From positions 930,001-962,000 of the forward strand of contig CP006868.1 in NCBI GenBank assembly GCA_025340205.1: 32,000 bases of DNA, in the 5' to 3' direction. Made by a program: the position numbers and the translations under genes. This stretch comes from Ignicoccus pacificus DSM 13166. GTDB lineage: Archaea > Thermoproteota > Thermoprotei_A > Sulfolobales > Ignicoccaceae. Of the stretch, positions 8,308 through 17,227 are shown piece by piece. Numbering within the stretch: the stretch's first letter is position 1; each line of letters starts with the position of its first letter. Below the pieces are notes generated by a model. It did not search any database and was not told the origin of the DNA. It saw only the letters and a list, made by a program, of their open reading frames with translations.

Positions 8308-9456
8308 TTAGTGAACAAAGGGATCCTTGAACGATAACACTACCTTAGCTACCTCCGGCCTCATCATGTACTCCGGAGGCATCCTTCCCTCCATTATCAT
8401 CTTCCTTAGCTTAGTTCCGCTTATCCTTATCCTATATTCTTCTGGGTGAGGACATATCTTCTCGTTCACCATACCTCCGCACTTCTTGCAGTAGAAGGCC
8501 TCCCTCACGAAGAGGGGCGTTATCCCTAGATCCGGGAAGTTCTTGAAGATGTCCCAAGCCTCATAGGGACCGTAGTAATTACCTACCCCGGCGTGGTCCC
8601 TTCCCACTATGAAGTGGGTCGCTCCGAAGTTCTTCCTGACTATGGCGTGGTGAACCGCTTCCCTGGGCCCGGCGTACCTCATCTCCATCCTAAGGATCGA
8701 GAAGGCTACTACTCCCTTTGGATAATAGTTCTCTATGAGCGCCTCATAGGCCTTGATTATTACTTCATCCTTGAAGTCTCCCGGTTTCTTCCACCCGACT
8801 AAGGGGTTAATGAACAAGCCGTCGGTGAAGGTAAGGGCAGCCTTCTGGATGTACTCGTGGCCCCTGTGAGGCACGTTCCTGGTTTGGAACGCAGCTATCC
8901 TCTTCCAGCCCCTCTCGAGGAAGAGCACCCTCGTCTCCTTGGGCCACAAGCGATACCTCTCGTACGGCTCCGGCAAGTCCTCTATCTGAAGGACGTCCCC
9001 TCCTATTAGGTAATCCTTCCTCTGGAAGGTCTTCTTGACTCCGGGGTGGTTTATATCATCCGTCTTGAAGACCTTTCTGGAGTATTCCCTCTTGTCCCAG
9101 GGGTAGATCTCCTCAACTCTCATTATCGCTATGGGCTTGTCCTTATAGAAGAGAGCTATTTCATCCCCTTCCTTTATCCTATTCTTGAATTCTTCGTCTA
9201 CGTCCAATATTATTGGAATGGTCCAAGGTAGGTCGTTGGTGAGCCTCATTTGATCTAAGACGCTCTGATAGTCGTCCCTAGTTAGGAAGCCCTCCAAAGG
9301 AGAGTAGACGCCGTGGGCTATGTTGGCGATGTCAGCAGCTAAGCCCTCCGTGAGGTCAACCCTTTCCATCTCCATAGCCTCTTTCATTAGCCTTTCCTTT
9401 GACTTCTCGCTAACAGTTCTATCGATAAGCTTACCTCCGTGAGGCTTGGATACCAT
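8308..9456 (-). CDS. sat: sulfate adenylyltransferase (ATP sulfurylase)
   Basis: Motifs QTRNVPHRGHEY, HFIVGRDHAGVG and N-terminal KPHGGKLI. I prefer start ATG 9456, which has GAGGTG 8 nt upstream. Track start GTG 9465 is 3 codons longer. Confidence 0.92.
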   Translation of the reverse strand: MVSKPHGGKLIDRTVSEKSKERLMKEAMEMERVDLTEGLAADIANIAHGVYSPLEGFLTRDDYQSVLDQMRLTNDLPWTIPIILDVDEEFKNRIKEGDEIALFYKDKPIAIMRVEEIYPWDKREYSRKVFKTDDINHPGVKKTFQRKDYLIGGDVLQIEDLPEPYERYRLWPKETRVLFLERGWKRIAAFQTRNVPHRGHEYIQKAALTFTDGLFINPLVGWKKPGDFKDEVIIKAYEALIENYYPKGVVAFSILRMEMRYAGPREAVHHAIVRKNFGATHFIVGRDHAGVGNYYGPYEAWDIFKNFPDLGITPLFVREAFYCKKCGGMVNEKICPHPEEYRIRISGTKLRKMIMEGRMPPEYMMRPEVAKVVLSFKDPFVH

Positions 9457-9468
9457 GGAGCCCACACC

Positions 9469-9681
9469 TCACAAGTACCCCTTCTCCTTTAACCTCTTCA
9501 CTATCTCCTCCCTCTCCTCTTCAGAAACTCCAGCGCTGAAGATCTCTTCTTCGACCTCGCTGACCCTCTCTCTAAGTAACCTTACCAAGAGCTCGTTTAC
9601 GTCTTCGCAAGAGATCTCCTTACACAGCTTCTCGACCCTAGTGTAGAGCGATTTTGGAATAAGCACTTGTACGCTCTCCAA
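9469..9681 (-). CDS. small ribbon-helix-helix (CopG/Arc-like) protein with an acidic C-terminal half
   Basis: N-terminus VQVLIPKSLYTRVEKLCKE..VNELLVRLLRERV fits a beta-strand/helix/helix pattern. The only in-frame starts are TTG 9681 and GTG 9666. Its TGA stop overlaps the SD of sat. Family call is by eye only. Confidence 0.45.
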   Translation of the reverse strand: MESVQVLIPKSLYTRVEKLCKEISCEDVNELLVRLLRERVSEVEEEIFSAGVSEEEREEIVKRLKEKGYL

Positions 9682-9734
9682 AGCACTCTCCCTTCGGTCT
9701 GGGATAGGTAGGAGCCAGTTAAAGCGAAGTGAAT

Positions 9735-10511
9735 TTATTCAAACAAGTCAAGTAATCTGGAATACTCTCGTTCAAATCCATGTTCCCTCGCTATCTTTAG
9801 GAAAAGATTTTCCAGTTTTGTATCGTCATAGACTCTAATCCTCAAGGGATTGTTTTTGATGAACTCTGTAAATCGAGGAAGTTTGTAGAAACTTTCTTCT
9901 TTATTGTAAATGATCAATTTGTCTTCACCTACGGCCTCTATAGCTTCTATGTTTGAGAAGGTCCATACCATCAAGAACCATCCTTGAAGGCTTGAAGGTC
10001 TTGGTATATTCCTTATTACTGAATAAACCTTGGCCATCTTCGCCAAAGGATCTAAGGGCTGAAGCAACTTAGCTATAATACCTAGCTTCTCTCCTATCCT
10101 CAGGTACTTTCCATAGGTCGTTCCGCTGTGGAACAGATTCTTGAACGAATGGTAAACTGAGACGGGGTCTCTAATTATGTGATAGACGTCCCAATGTTCC
10201 TTAATCCAGTCCTTTCCCAAGAATCGATGCAAGGTAGTCTCCTTGATCGGATAGCCTCTCAACCCCTCCATGAATTTCCTTAGAGTTTCCTCATTATGGA
10301 AGAACCAAAGGGTAGTATTCACAGAAGGATCCGTGAGATATGGATGATAGTAGCTAAACCACTTCGCGAGCTCCGGTATTCTCTTAATAGTGCCTTTAGG
10401 AGTAGCTAACGGCTCGTACACCACTCTCCCATAGAGCCACTCCAAGTATCTGGAGAGATACGTAGTCCCCGACCTAGGAAATCCATTTATCATGATGGGC
10501 TTTTCCGTCAC
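9735..10511 (-). CDS. sulfotransferase family protein (PAPS-dependent type)
   Basis: N-terminal 5'-PSB loop INGFPRSGTTYLSRYL, then a 3'-PB-like IIRDPVSVYHSF. Soluble, 258 aa. Start is GTG 10511 or ATG 10493. Confidence 0.7.
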   Translation of the reverse strand: MTEKPIMINGFPRSGTTYLSRYLEWLYGRVVYEPLATPKGTIKRIPELAKWFSYYHPYLTDPSVNTTLWFFHNEETLRKFMEGLRGYPIKETTLHRFLGKDWIKEHWDVYHIIRDPVSVYHSFKNLFHSGTTYGKYLRIGEKLGIIAKLLQPLDPLAKMAKVYSVIRNIPRPSSLQGWFLMVWTFSNIEAIEAVGEDKLIIYNKEESFYKLPRFTEFIKNNPLRIRVYDDTKLENLFLKIAREHGFEREYSRLLDLFE

Positions 10512-10549
10512 TCTCGGCTCCCTTGCGCTTTGGTTAGCTATCAGAGCAT

Positions 10550-11104
10550 TTATCTTAGTTTTCCGAGGTCGCTAAGGTAAGGCTCTGATGTGGCCACTTT
10601 TATACACTTCCTATAATGTTCTTCGTCAAGTAGACCCAATTTGTAAGCTAGATCACAAAAGCAGTGAGATCTTGGATTGTACTTGCCGTCAGAGAGCACA
10701 TATTTCATGTGTTCTCTCAGTGACTCTTCGCTGCACTTCTTGCATTCCTCGCTGCACTCTAGCTTTCTATGAAGAAGTGCCACCGGAGTCATTATGGCTC
10801 CCACAAACCTCTTCCTCTCAATAAAAGTAGGTCTTCTCCAGTAAGGATTAGTTTCATATGTGCTTTTCGACACGAGCTTCTTAGTATCGTAGTATCCTAA
10901 GAGAACCGCTAGAGGTGTGTAAATCAGGAAGAAGAGACCTAGGAATTCGGGAAAACTCAAATACTTTCTTAAGGAAGTAAAATACCAAACAAGCGAGGCA
11001 GTATTAAATAGTGATATTAAGAAGGTAAAATAGTTAGTCATACCAAATCTCATATAGACATAGATCCTTAGCAATTTCCTTATTATCATCTTCGCGTTAG
11101 GCAC
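10550..11104 (-). CDS. uncharacterised 2-TM membrane protein, paralog B (Cys-rich C-terminal domain)
   Basis: Basic N-terminus, two hydrophobic helices (YFTFLISLFNTASLVWYFTSL and FLGLFFLIYTPLAVLLGYY), NPYWRRP, then CSEECKKC (CX3CX2C), HCFCD and KC. AGGTGGGA lies upstream of GTG 11104. Similar to the adjacent gene. Confidence 0.55.
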   Translation of the reverse strand: MPNAKMIIRKLLRIYVYMRFGMTNYFTFLISLFNTASLVWYFTSLRKYLSFPEFLGLFFLIYTPLAVLLGYYDTKKLVSKSTYETNPYWRRPTFIERKRFVGAIMTPVALLHRKLECSEECKKCSEESLREHMKYVLSDGKYNPRSHCFCDLAYKLGLLDEEHYRKCIKVATSEPYLSDLGKLR

Positions 11105-11116
11105 GAGGTCCCACCT

Positions 11117-11713
11117 CTATCTATACTCAGATCTTTCTTTAACGAACTTTAAATACTCCTCCACTTGTCTCTCATCGAAGCCTATATGTACAAGAAGTTT
11201 CTTTATGCAATCGTCAGAGGGTTTAGGGCCCCTTACTACTACATCGAAGGAACTTTCATAGAGCCAATCTACAACTGCTTGAGCGGCCTCTTTGTAACAC
11301 TCCTTTAGCTCTCCTTCTGTGCCTTCAGCCATTGCTACTATAAAGGGTAAATCTATAGAAGTGAAGGTTAATTCTCTCACTACTTTCCATGGAGGTTTAT
11401 ACCAATAGACATTCTTCTCAATTATCTTTCTCTGCGTTCCTGCGTTAAGATCAATCCATCCCAACATTACGGATAATACCACTAAGATAATTATAACGGC
11501 TAGTGTTACGTATATCTTCATGGCTCCTTGGATCCCTATTGCTGGAAGCACGACTCCTTGGAGGAGTACTATTGCATTTATCGCTGTGAGCAAGAAGGCA
11601 ACGTAATTCATGTGAGTTACTCTAAGATATACGATGATATCAAAGTATTTTGACTGGTAGATTGATCTGCCGATTTTTCTAAGAAAAGAGTAGAACTTGG
11701 ATTTAATTTGCAT
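11117..11713 (-). CDS. uncharacterised 2-TM membrane protein, paralog A
   Basis: Same layout as 10550-11104: basic N-terminus, HMNYVAFLLTAIN (compare MTNYFTFLISLFN), LGWIDLN (compare LGYYDTK), NVYWYKPP (compare NPYWRRP) and C-terminal IGFDERQVEEY (compare LGLLDEEHYRK). ATG start with GGTG 6 nt upstream. Confidence 0.55.
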   Translation of the reverse strand: MQIKSKFYSFLRKIGRSIYQSKYFDIIVYLRVTHMNYVAFLLTAINAIVLLQGVVLPAIGIQGAMKIYVTLAVIIILVVLSVMLGWIDLNAGTQRKIIEKNVYWYKPPWKVVRELTFTSIDLPFIVAMAEGTEGELKECYKEAAQAVVDWLYESSFDVVVRGPKPSDDCIKKLLVHIGFDERQVEEYLKFVKERSEYR

Positions 11714-11723
11714 CTATTGCACC

Positions 11724-12878
11724 TCAGCCTTGAAGAACTTCTCTCAAGACCTCAACGGAGTGCCTTATGTTATCCTCCGTGACCACGTAGGGTGGTAGGA
11801 ACCTTATTACAGTTAAGCCAGCCTTTAACGCCAAGATCTTCCTCTTCTGAAGCTCCTCGATGTACTTTCCGGGCTTTACCCTTAGCTCGGTTCCTATCAT
11901 TAGACCGAAGGCTCTGACCTCTCTCACTATTCTGAGGGGAGCTACCTCTTCTTCAAGCATCTTCTGGAACAGCTGGCCCTTCTCTTCTGCTTGCTTAGGT
12001 ACGTCGTCTTCCAGAAGCACGTCTATTGCCCCGCTCATCGCTGCCAAAGCCATAGGATTGGCTCCGTAAGTGGAGCCGTGCATTCCAGTAACTATGCTCT
12101 CAGCAATCTTATCGCTGACGGCTACCATGGAAACGGGGAAACCATTGCCTATGGCCTTGGCGCTTAGTAGGATGTCCGGCTCGGGCGCACCTAGCTTCTG
12201 GAACGCCCATATCGCTCCCGTCCTCCCGAAACCACACTGAATCTCGTCGTAAACTAGGACCGCCCCTACCTCCCTAGCTCTTCTCGCCACAGTTTGGATG
12301 AACTCAGGGGAGGCAGGATTGATTCCGCCTTCTCCTTGAACGGGCTCTAGGAAGACGGCGGCAGTGTTCTCATCTATGACCTTGTCCACCTCCTCTACAT
12401 TATTGAACGTCGCGAAGTGTACGTTCTTGTAAAGAGCTTGTTCGGCCGGAGTTCTGTACTCCCTCCCCCACGTTAAGCTTAGGCTACCCAAGGTCCTTCC
12501 ATGGAAGGCCTTCTTGAAGGCGACAACCTTCTCTTTCTTCGTGTAATTAAGAGCTAGCTTCAAGGCGAGCTCAGCTGCCTCGGTGCCGCTGTTCTGGAAG
12601 TAGACGTTAAGTAAGCTTTGAGGAAGTATCTTCGGAAGCTTCTTGAGAAGCTCCTCCTTGGCAGGATCGTCAAAGGAGGGAGAGTTAATCATTAGACTAC
12701 CTAACTGCTCAACGAGCTTCGCAACCACTCGAGGATTCCTATGACCGAGGAAGCCTACACCATATCCGTTGTAATAATCCAAATACTTGTTCCAGCTCTC
12801 ATCCCACACGTACTGCATGTAAGCCTTGACTATCTTGATGCCTCTGGGAGCGTAAAACCTTAAGAGCTTGGCTTCCAT
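11724..12878 (-). CDS. class III PLP aminotransferase, ArgD/LysJ (acetylornithine / LysW-aminoadipate semialdehyde) type
   Basis: Motifs NSGTEAAELALKLA, FHGRTLG, EPVQGEGG, DEIQCGFGRTG and LSAKAIGNGFP (PLP lysine). I prefer start ATG 12878 (MEAKLL) to track start TTG 12890. Confidence 0.88.
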   Translation of the reverse strand: MEAKLLRFYAPRGIKIVKAYMQYVWDESWNKYLDYYNGYGVGFLGHRNPRVVAKLVEQLGSLMINSPSFDDPAKEELLKKLPKILPQSLLNVYFQNSGTEAAELALKLALNYTKKEKVVAFKKAFHGRTLGSLSLTWGREYRTPAEQALYKNVHFATFNNVEEVDKVIDENTAAVFLEPVQGEGGINPASPEFIQTVARRAREVGAVLVYDEIQCGFGRTGAIWAFQKLGAPEPDILLSAKAIGNGFPVSMVAVSDKIAESIVTGMHGSTYGANPMALAAMSGAIDVLLEDDVPKQAEEKGQLFQKMLEEEVAPLRIVREVRAFGLMIGTELRVKPGKYIEELQKRKILALKAGLTVIRFLPPYVVTEDNIRHSVEVLREVLQG

Positions 12879-12996
12879 AATCCGTCCCAAGAGGAGCTAT
12901 AGTAGGAAGCTATATCCTTTGGTAAGTCTAAATCTATTATTAGAAATACAAAAGGTGTATAAGCATCGCTAAGTAGTCATATACGAGGTACTGGTC

Positions 12997-14940
12997 TTGG
13001 CCGAGGAGACGAAAACCGTATTACCCCTTGCTAAGGGGGTTGTTCCTACTGGAAAGCTACACGAAATGAGGAAGAGGGCCCTAGAGGACCCCGAAGGCTT
13101 CTGGTCCGAAATAGCTTCTGAACTGTATTGGAAGAAGGGTTGGGATAAGGTAGTTGAAGGAGAGCCTCCCTACTTCAAGTGGTTCGTAGGAGGTAAGACC
13201 AACCTAGCCTACAATGCCTTGGATAGGCATGTTAAGACTTGGAGGAAGAACAAGGCCGCTATAATATGGGAAGGTGAGCCTGGAGAGACCAGGGTACTCA
13301 CTTACTATCAGCTTTGGAAGGAAGTAAACAAGTTTGCCAACGTGCTAAGGGATCTGGGAGTCAAGAAGGGAGACAGGGTAACCATCTACATGCCGATGGT
13401 ACCCGAAGCTGCTATAGCGATGCTGGCCACTGTTAGAATAGGAGCAATCCACAGCGTCGTGTTCTCCGGATTCTCTGCTAAGGGACTAGCTGAGAGGATC
13501 AACGATGCCCAAGCTAAGGTCGTAATCACCGCTGACGGAATGTACAGGAGAGGAAAGAAGCTCAACTTGAAGGAGATAGTAGACAAGGCGCTTCAAGAGA
13601 CTCCCTCAGTTGAGAGCGTGGTGGTTTACAACAGGCTAGGCCTCGACATCAACATGGAGGAGGGAAGGGATTACTGGTGGAATGACCTAATGGAGGGAGC
13701 TGAGACTTATGCCGAGCCCGAATGGGTAGAGAGCGAGCACCCCTCCTTCATTCTATACACTTCCGGAACCACTGGCAAGCCTAAGGGAATAATTCACGAC
13801 ACCGCTGGTTACATGGTAGGAGTTTACGCTACTATGAAGTGGGTCTTCGACATTAAGGATGAAGACATTCATTGGTGTACCGCCGACGTCGGATGGATCA
13901 CCGGTCACTCCTATGTCGTTTATGGACCTCTGCTCCACGGAGCCACCACACTAATGTACGAGGGAGCCCCCGACTACCCCAAGCCCGACCGCTGGTGGAG
14001 CATCATTGAGAAGTACGGAGTCAGCATATTCTGCACCGCTCCAACCGCGATAAGAATGTTCATGAGGTACGGAGAGAAGTGGGTCGAGAGGCACGACCTT
14101 AGCAGCTTAAGGATCCTCGGAAGCGTCGGTGAGCCCATAAACCCCGAAGCATGGTGGTGGTACTTCAAGCACATAGGGAAGGAGAAGTGTCCTATAGTGG
14201 ACACTTGGTGGCAGACCGAGACCGGTCACATAATGATAAGCCCCGCTCCCGGAATAGAGCTAGTGCCTCTGAAGCCTGGAAGTGCTACCTTCCCGCTACC
14301 CGGCGTCGACGCCGACGTGGTAGATGACAACGGAAACCCTGTACCTCCCAACACCAGAGGGTACTTGGTAATCAAGAAGCCATGGCCCGGCATGCTACAC
14401 GGAGTTTGGGGAGACCCGGAGAGATACAAGAGGACTTACTGGAGCAAGTTCCCAGGATGGTACTTCACCGGAGACTATGCCATGAAGGACGAGGATGGAT
14501 ACTTCTGGATACTAGGAAGAGCCGACGACGTGATCAAGGTAGCTGGACACAGGCTAGGAACCATGGAGATAGAGAGCGCCTTCGTCGCCCACCCCGCGGT
14601 GGCTGAAGCGGCCGTGGTAGGAAAGCCTCACCCAGTCAAGGGAGAGTCCATAGTGGCCTTCATAGTCCTCAAGGAGGGTCAGCAGCCCAGCGACGAGCTT
14701 AGGGAGGAGCTTAGGAAGTGGATAAGGGAGACCATAGGTCCGGTGGCCACTCCAGACGAGATACACTTCGTCACCAAGCTACCGAAGACCAGGAGCGGAA
14801 AGATCATGAGAAGAGTGCTGAGGGCAGTGATAAGCGGCAAGGAGCTTGGAGACCTCAGCACCCTAGAGGACGAGGCCTCCGTGGAGGAGGTAAAGAGGGC
14901 AGTAGCGCAGCTGAGGAAGGACCTAGGACTTTCCGAGTAA
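12997..14940 (+). CDS. acs: acetyl-CoA synthetase (AMP-forming)
   Basis: Motifs [49 protein letters not shown] and [11 protein letters not shown]; 647 aa. TTG start with GAGGT upstream. In-frame ATG at aa 24 is an alternative. Confidence 0.95.
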   Translation: MAEETKTVLPLAKGVVPTGKLHEMRKRALEDPEGFWSEIASELYWKKGWDKVVEGEPPYFKWFVGGKTNLAYNALDRHVKTWRKNKAAIIWEGEPGETRVLTYYQLWKEVNKFANVLRDLGVKKGDRVTIYMPMVPEAAIAMLATVRIGAIHSVVFSGFSAKGLAERINDAQAKVVITADGMYRRGKKLNLKEIVDKALQETPSVESVVVYNRLGLDINMEEGRDYWWNDLMEGAETYAEPEWVESEHPSFILYTSGTTGKPKGIIHDTAGYMVGVYATMKWVFDIKDEDIHWCTADVGWITGHSYVVYGPLLHGATTLMYEGAPDYPKPDRWWSIIEKYGVSIFCTAPTAIRMFMRYGEKWVERHDLSSLRILGSVGEPINPEAWWWYFKHIGKEKCPIVDTWWQTETGHIMISPAPGIELVPLKPGSATFPLPGVDADVVDDNGNPVPPNTRGYLVIKKPWPGMLHGVWGDPERYKRTYWSKFPGWYFTGDYAMKDEDGYFWILGRADDVIKVAGHRLGTMEIESAFVAHPAVAEAAVVGKPHPVKGESIVAFIVLKEGQQPSDELREELRKWIRETIGPVATPDEIHFVTKLPKTRSGKIMRRVLRAVISGKELGDLSTLEDEASVEEVKRAVAQLRKDLGLSE

Positions 14941-14942
14941 AA

Positions 14943-15344
14943 TCATTCGAATTTAGGACCTTCTTTTTCTACTTCTACCTTCCCATCCTCACTAACCCTA
15001 TAATGAAAACAAGAGTGGTATCCTTCATGGCAAGCGATTAGTGATGCTTGTCTTACCACAAGCAAGACGGTATCCCTATCGCAGTCTATGTAGAACCCTT
15101 CCACCACTTGGATGTGACCACTCGTTGCTCCCTTAACCCAAAGTTCTTTTCTCGATTTGCTCCAATAATGGGCTATGCCGGTGGTCAGAGTCCTCAGCAC
15201 TGCCTCCTTGTTCATTGATGCTACCATTAGCACTTTTCCGCTGTATTTTTCTTGAACAACGGCGACGACGGTGTCGTCGGGCCACCGATAGTTCAGTTGT
15301 TCAGCTATTCTCTTTGCTTGCTCTTCGTTTAACTTGAACATCAT
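14943..15344 (-). CDS. hisI: phosphoribosyl-AMP cyclohydrolase
   Basis: Motifs VLMVASMNKEAVLRTLTTG, SKSRKELWVKGATSGH, DCDRDTVLLVV and ACHEGYHSCF. Its ATG overlaps the upstream gene's TGA (ATGA). Confidence 0.9.
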   Translation of the reverse strand: MMFKLNEEQAKRIAEQLNYRWPDDTVVAVVQEKYSGKVLMVASMNKEAVLRTLTTGIAHYWSKSRKELWVKGATSGHIQVVEGFYIDCDRDTVLLVVRQASLIACHEGYHSCFHYRVSEDGKVEVEKEGPKFE

Positions 15345-16489
15345 ATCCCCCTCGGGGTCTTTAGCTCCACTTCCCCTTCCATGGGAGATTTAACGTAGAG
15401 ATGGTTGCCCTCCACAACGCTAACCTTGAGAAGCTTTCCGTTGACGTAGAGCCACTCCGGTCTGCCAAGTATGGTGTGAAGCAAGCTGGAGAGCTCGACT
15501 TCATCTCTGTCCCACTTCTCAGAAAGAGTTGTTACTAACTCGAGCTTAGTTATGTAGCTAGATATGGGTCCGCACTTGAGGACTGAGAGAACCTTCAATC
15601 TCTCGGTTGCTAAAGCGATCTTAGCTCCCTTCCAGTCTAAGGATTGTATTCCCTCTTTGTATTTTTGGGAGATTATCTCGTTCCCATCTATCCCTATGAG
15701 TCCAAACTTACCGTTAGAGGCATCTCCATAAGCTAAGAGGGTACAATCATCGTTAAAGCTCAAGCCCCACACGTTGTTCAGACCCTCCTCAATTTCCCAT
15801 AATAGAGTAGGATTTCTGGGATCCTTGGTATCGTATAGCAGAACCTTTCCAGGCTTGAAGGTCGCTACAGCTAGCTTGTTCCCGCACCACTTAACCTTGT
15901 TTACAGCCTCCGCTACCTCTTCCTTCCATATAGCAGTAGGCTTCTTCAATATGTAGACATTACCATCGTGACTAGCGACGGCCAACATCTCCTCGTCTAC
16001 ATGCCAAGAAAGGCCCCACACGTTGTCGTCGGTCAAGAACTCCCACAAATGTTCAAAGTTCTTGTCGAGTATGCTTACCTTCCCTCCTCCTTCACCTTCG
16101 GTAGCTATAGCTACCCTGTTTCCATGAGGGGAGAATGCGCAAGAGTAAACGGGGGTGCCGAATTTTATTGTAGTTATCAAGGTACCATCAAGATCGAATA
16201 TGTAGACGTTCCCGTCGTCATTCCCAAAGATGACCCTTTCATCTACGGGGTCAAAGGCAGCGCAGTTGAAGCCTTGGGGCGAATCATATCTCCACGAAGT
16301 GATCCTACCGTCGACACGGGTCAATAAGTAGGCGAAGCCGCCGAACTCCTCCTCACTTGAAGCAAGGGGATGCGCTGAGGAGCTGGAGACCGCTAAGGCT
16401 ACAGTTCGGCTATCTCTCAGAGCTAGGGAATACGTCCCCCTTTCTGGCGTGAATATCCAAGAGGTTTTAATATTAATCTCTTCCTCCAT
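15341..16489 (-). CDS. WD40-like beta-propeller repeat protein with an extra C-terminal domain of about 80 aa
   Basis: About 6 repeats of the type CAFSPHGNRVAIATEG..GKVSILD, LSWHVDEEMLAVASHDGNVYIL and LSFNDDCTLLAYGD. I trimmed the start to ATG 16489 (MEEEINIK), since track start 16621 would overlap rpiA. Confidence 0.7.
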   Translation of the reverse strand: MEEEINIKTSWIFTPERGTYSLALRDSRTVALAVSSSSAHPLASSEEEFGGFAYLLTRVDGRITSWRYDSPQGFNCAAFDPVDERVIFGNDDGNVYIFDLDGTLITTIKFGTPVYSCAFSPHGNRVAIATEGEGGGKVSILDKNFEHLWEFLTDDNVWGLSWHVDEEMLAVASHDGNVYILKKPTAIWKEEVAEAVNKVKWCGNKLAVATFKPGKVLLYDTKDPRNPTLLWEIEEGLNNVWGLSFNDDCTLLAYGDASNGKFGLIGIDGNEIISQKYKEGIQSLDWKGAKIALATERLKVLSVLKCGPISSYITKLELVTTLSEKWDRDEVELSSLLHTILGRPEWLYVNGKLLKVSVVEGNHLYVKSPMEGEVELKTPRGI

Positions 16490-16567
16490 AGGTCCACATC
16501 CCTTAGTTAGTGAAGCCTTCAGAGTCCTTAATAGTAGCTGACAACATAGTGCTCGCGGACTGAGACC

Positions 16568-17227
16568 TTGGGCAAGCGTGAGGCCGCCAAGATGGCCGTT
16601 AAGAGAATTCAAGAGCTTCAACCGGAGATCCTGGGCGTTGGTTCGGGAACTACTGTAAGGTTGTTCATAGAGGAATTGAGCAAGATAGGGTTCAAGGGTC
16701 TGACGGTTTCTACAAGCTACGACACGTCGTTGTTGTTGGCATCTAAAGGCTTCAAAGTAATCGAGATCGAAACCGTTGAGAAGGTAGACGTCAGTGTCGA
16801 CGGTGCAGATGAAGTAAGCAAGGATTTATACTTAATCAAAGGTGGAGGAGCTGCATTATTAAGAGAGAAAGTTCTAGCAGAGCTTTCAAGATATAGGATA
16901 TACATAGTTGACGAGAGCAAGGTAGTTGAAAAGCCCTGTGGAAGGAAGTTCCCGATACCAATAGAAGTGGTCCCAGCTGCCTATAACTCTGTAATAAAGA
17001 AGTTAAATGAGATGGAGATAAGGTGGAAGCTTAGGGAAGCGAAGGGTAAGCTAGGTCCGGTAATAACGGACAACGGCAACTTCATACTAGACTTGGAATG
17101 CGAGGACGCGTTCAGTAAGATCGAGGAGGTGAAGGGATTAAATGGAGTGGCCTCGGTGGGAGTGTTCCCTCCTTCGCTCGTCGATGAGGTGATAATCGGT
17201 GGAAGGAAGGTGCTACGAAGAGGTTGA
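16568..17227 (+). CDS. rpiA: ribose-5-phosphate isomerase A
   Basis: Motifs GVGSGTTV, VDGADEV, IKGGGAALLREK, YIVDESK, PIPIEV and ITDNGNFILD. TTG start; ATG 16592 is possible. Confidence 0.9.
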   Translation: MGKREAAKMAVKRIQELQPEILGVGSGTTVRLFIEELSKIGFKGLTVSTSYDTSLLLASKGFKVIEIETVEKVDVSVDGADEVSKDLYLIKGGGAALLREKVLAELSRYRIYIVDESKVVEKPCGRKFPIPIEVVPAAYNSVIKKLNEMEIRWKLREAKGKLGPVITDNGNFILDLECEDAFSKIEEVKGLNGVASVGVFPPSLVDEVIIGGRKVLRRG

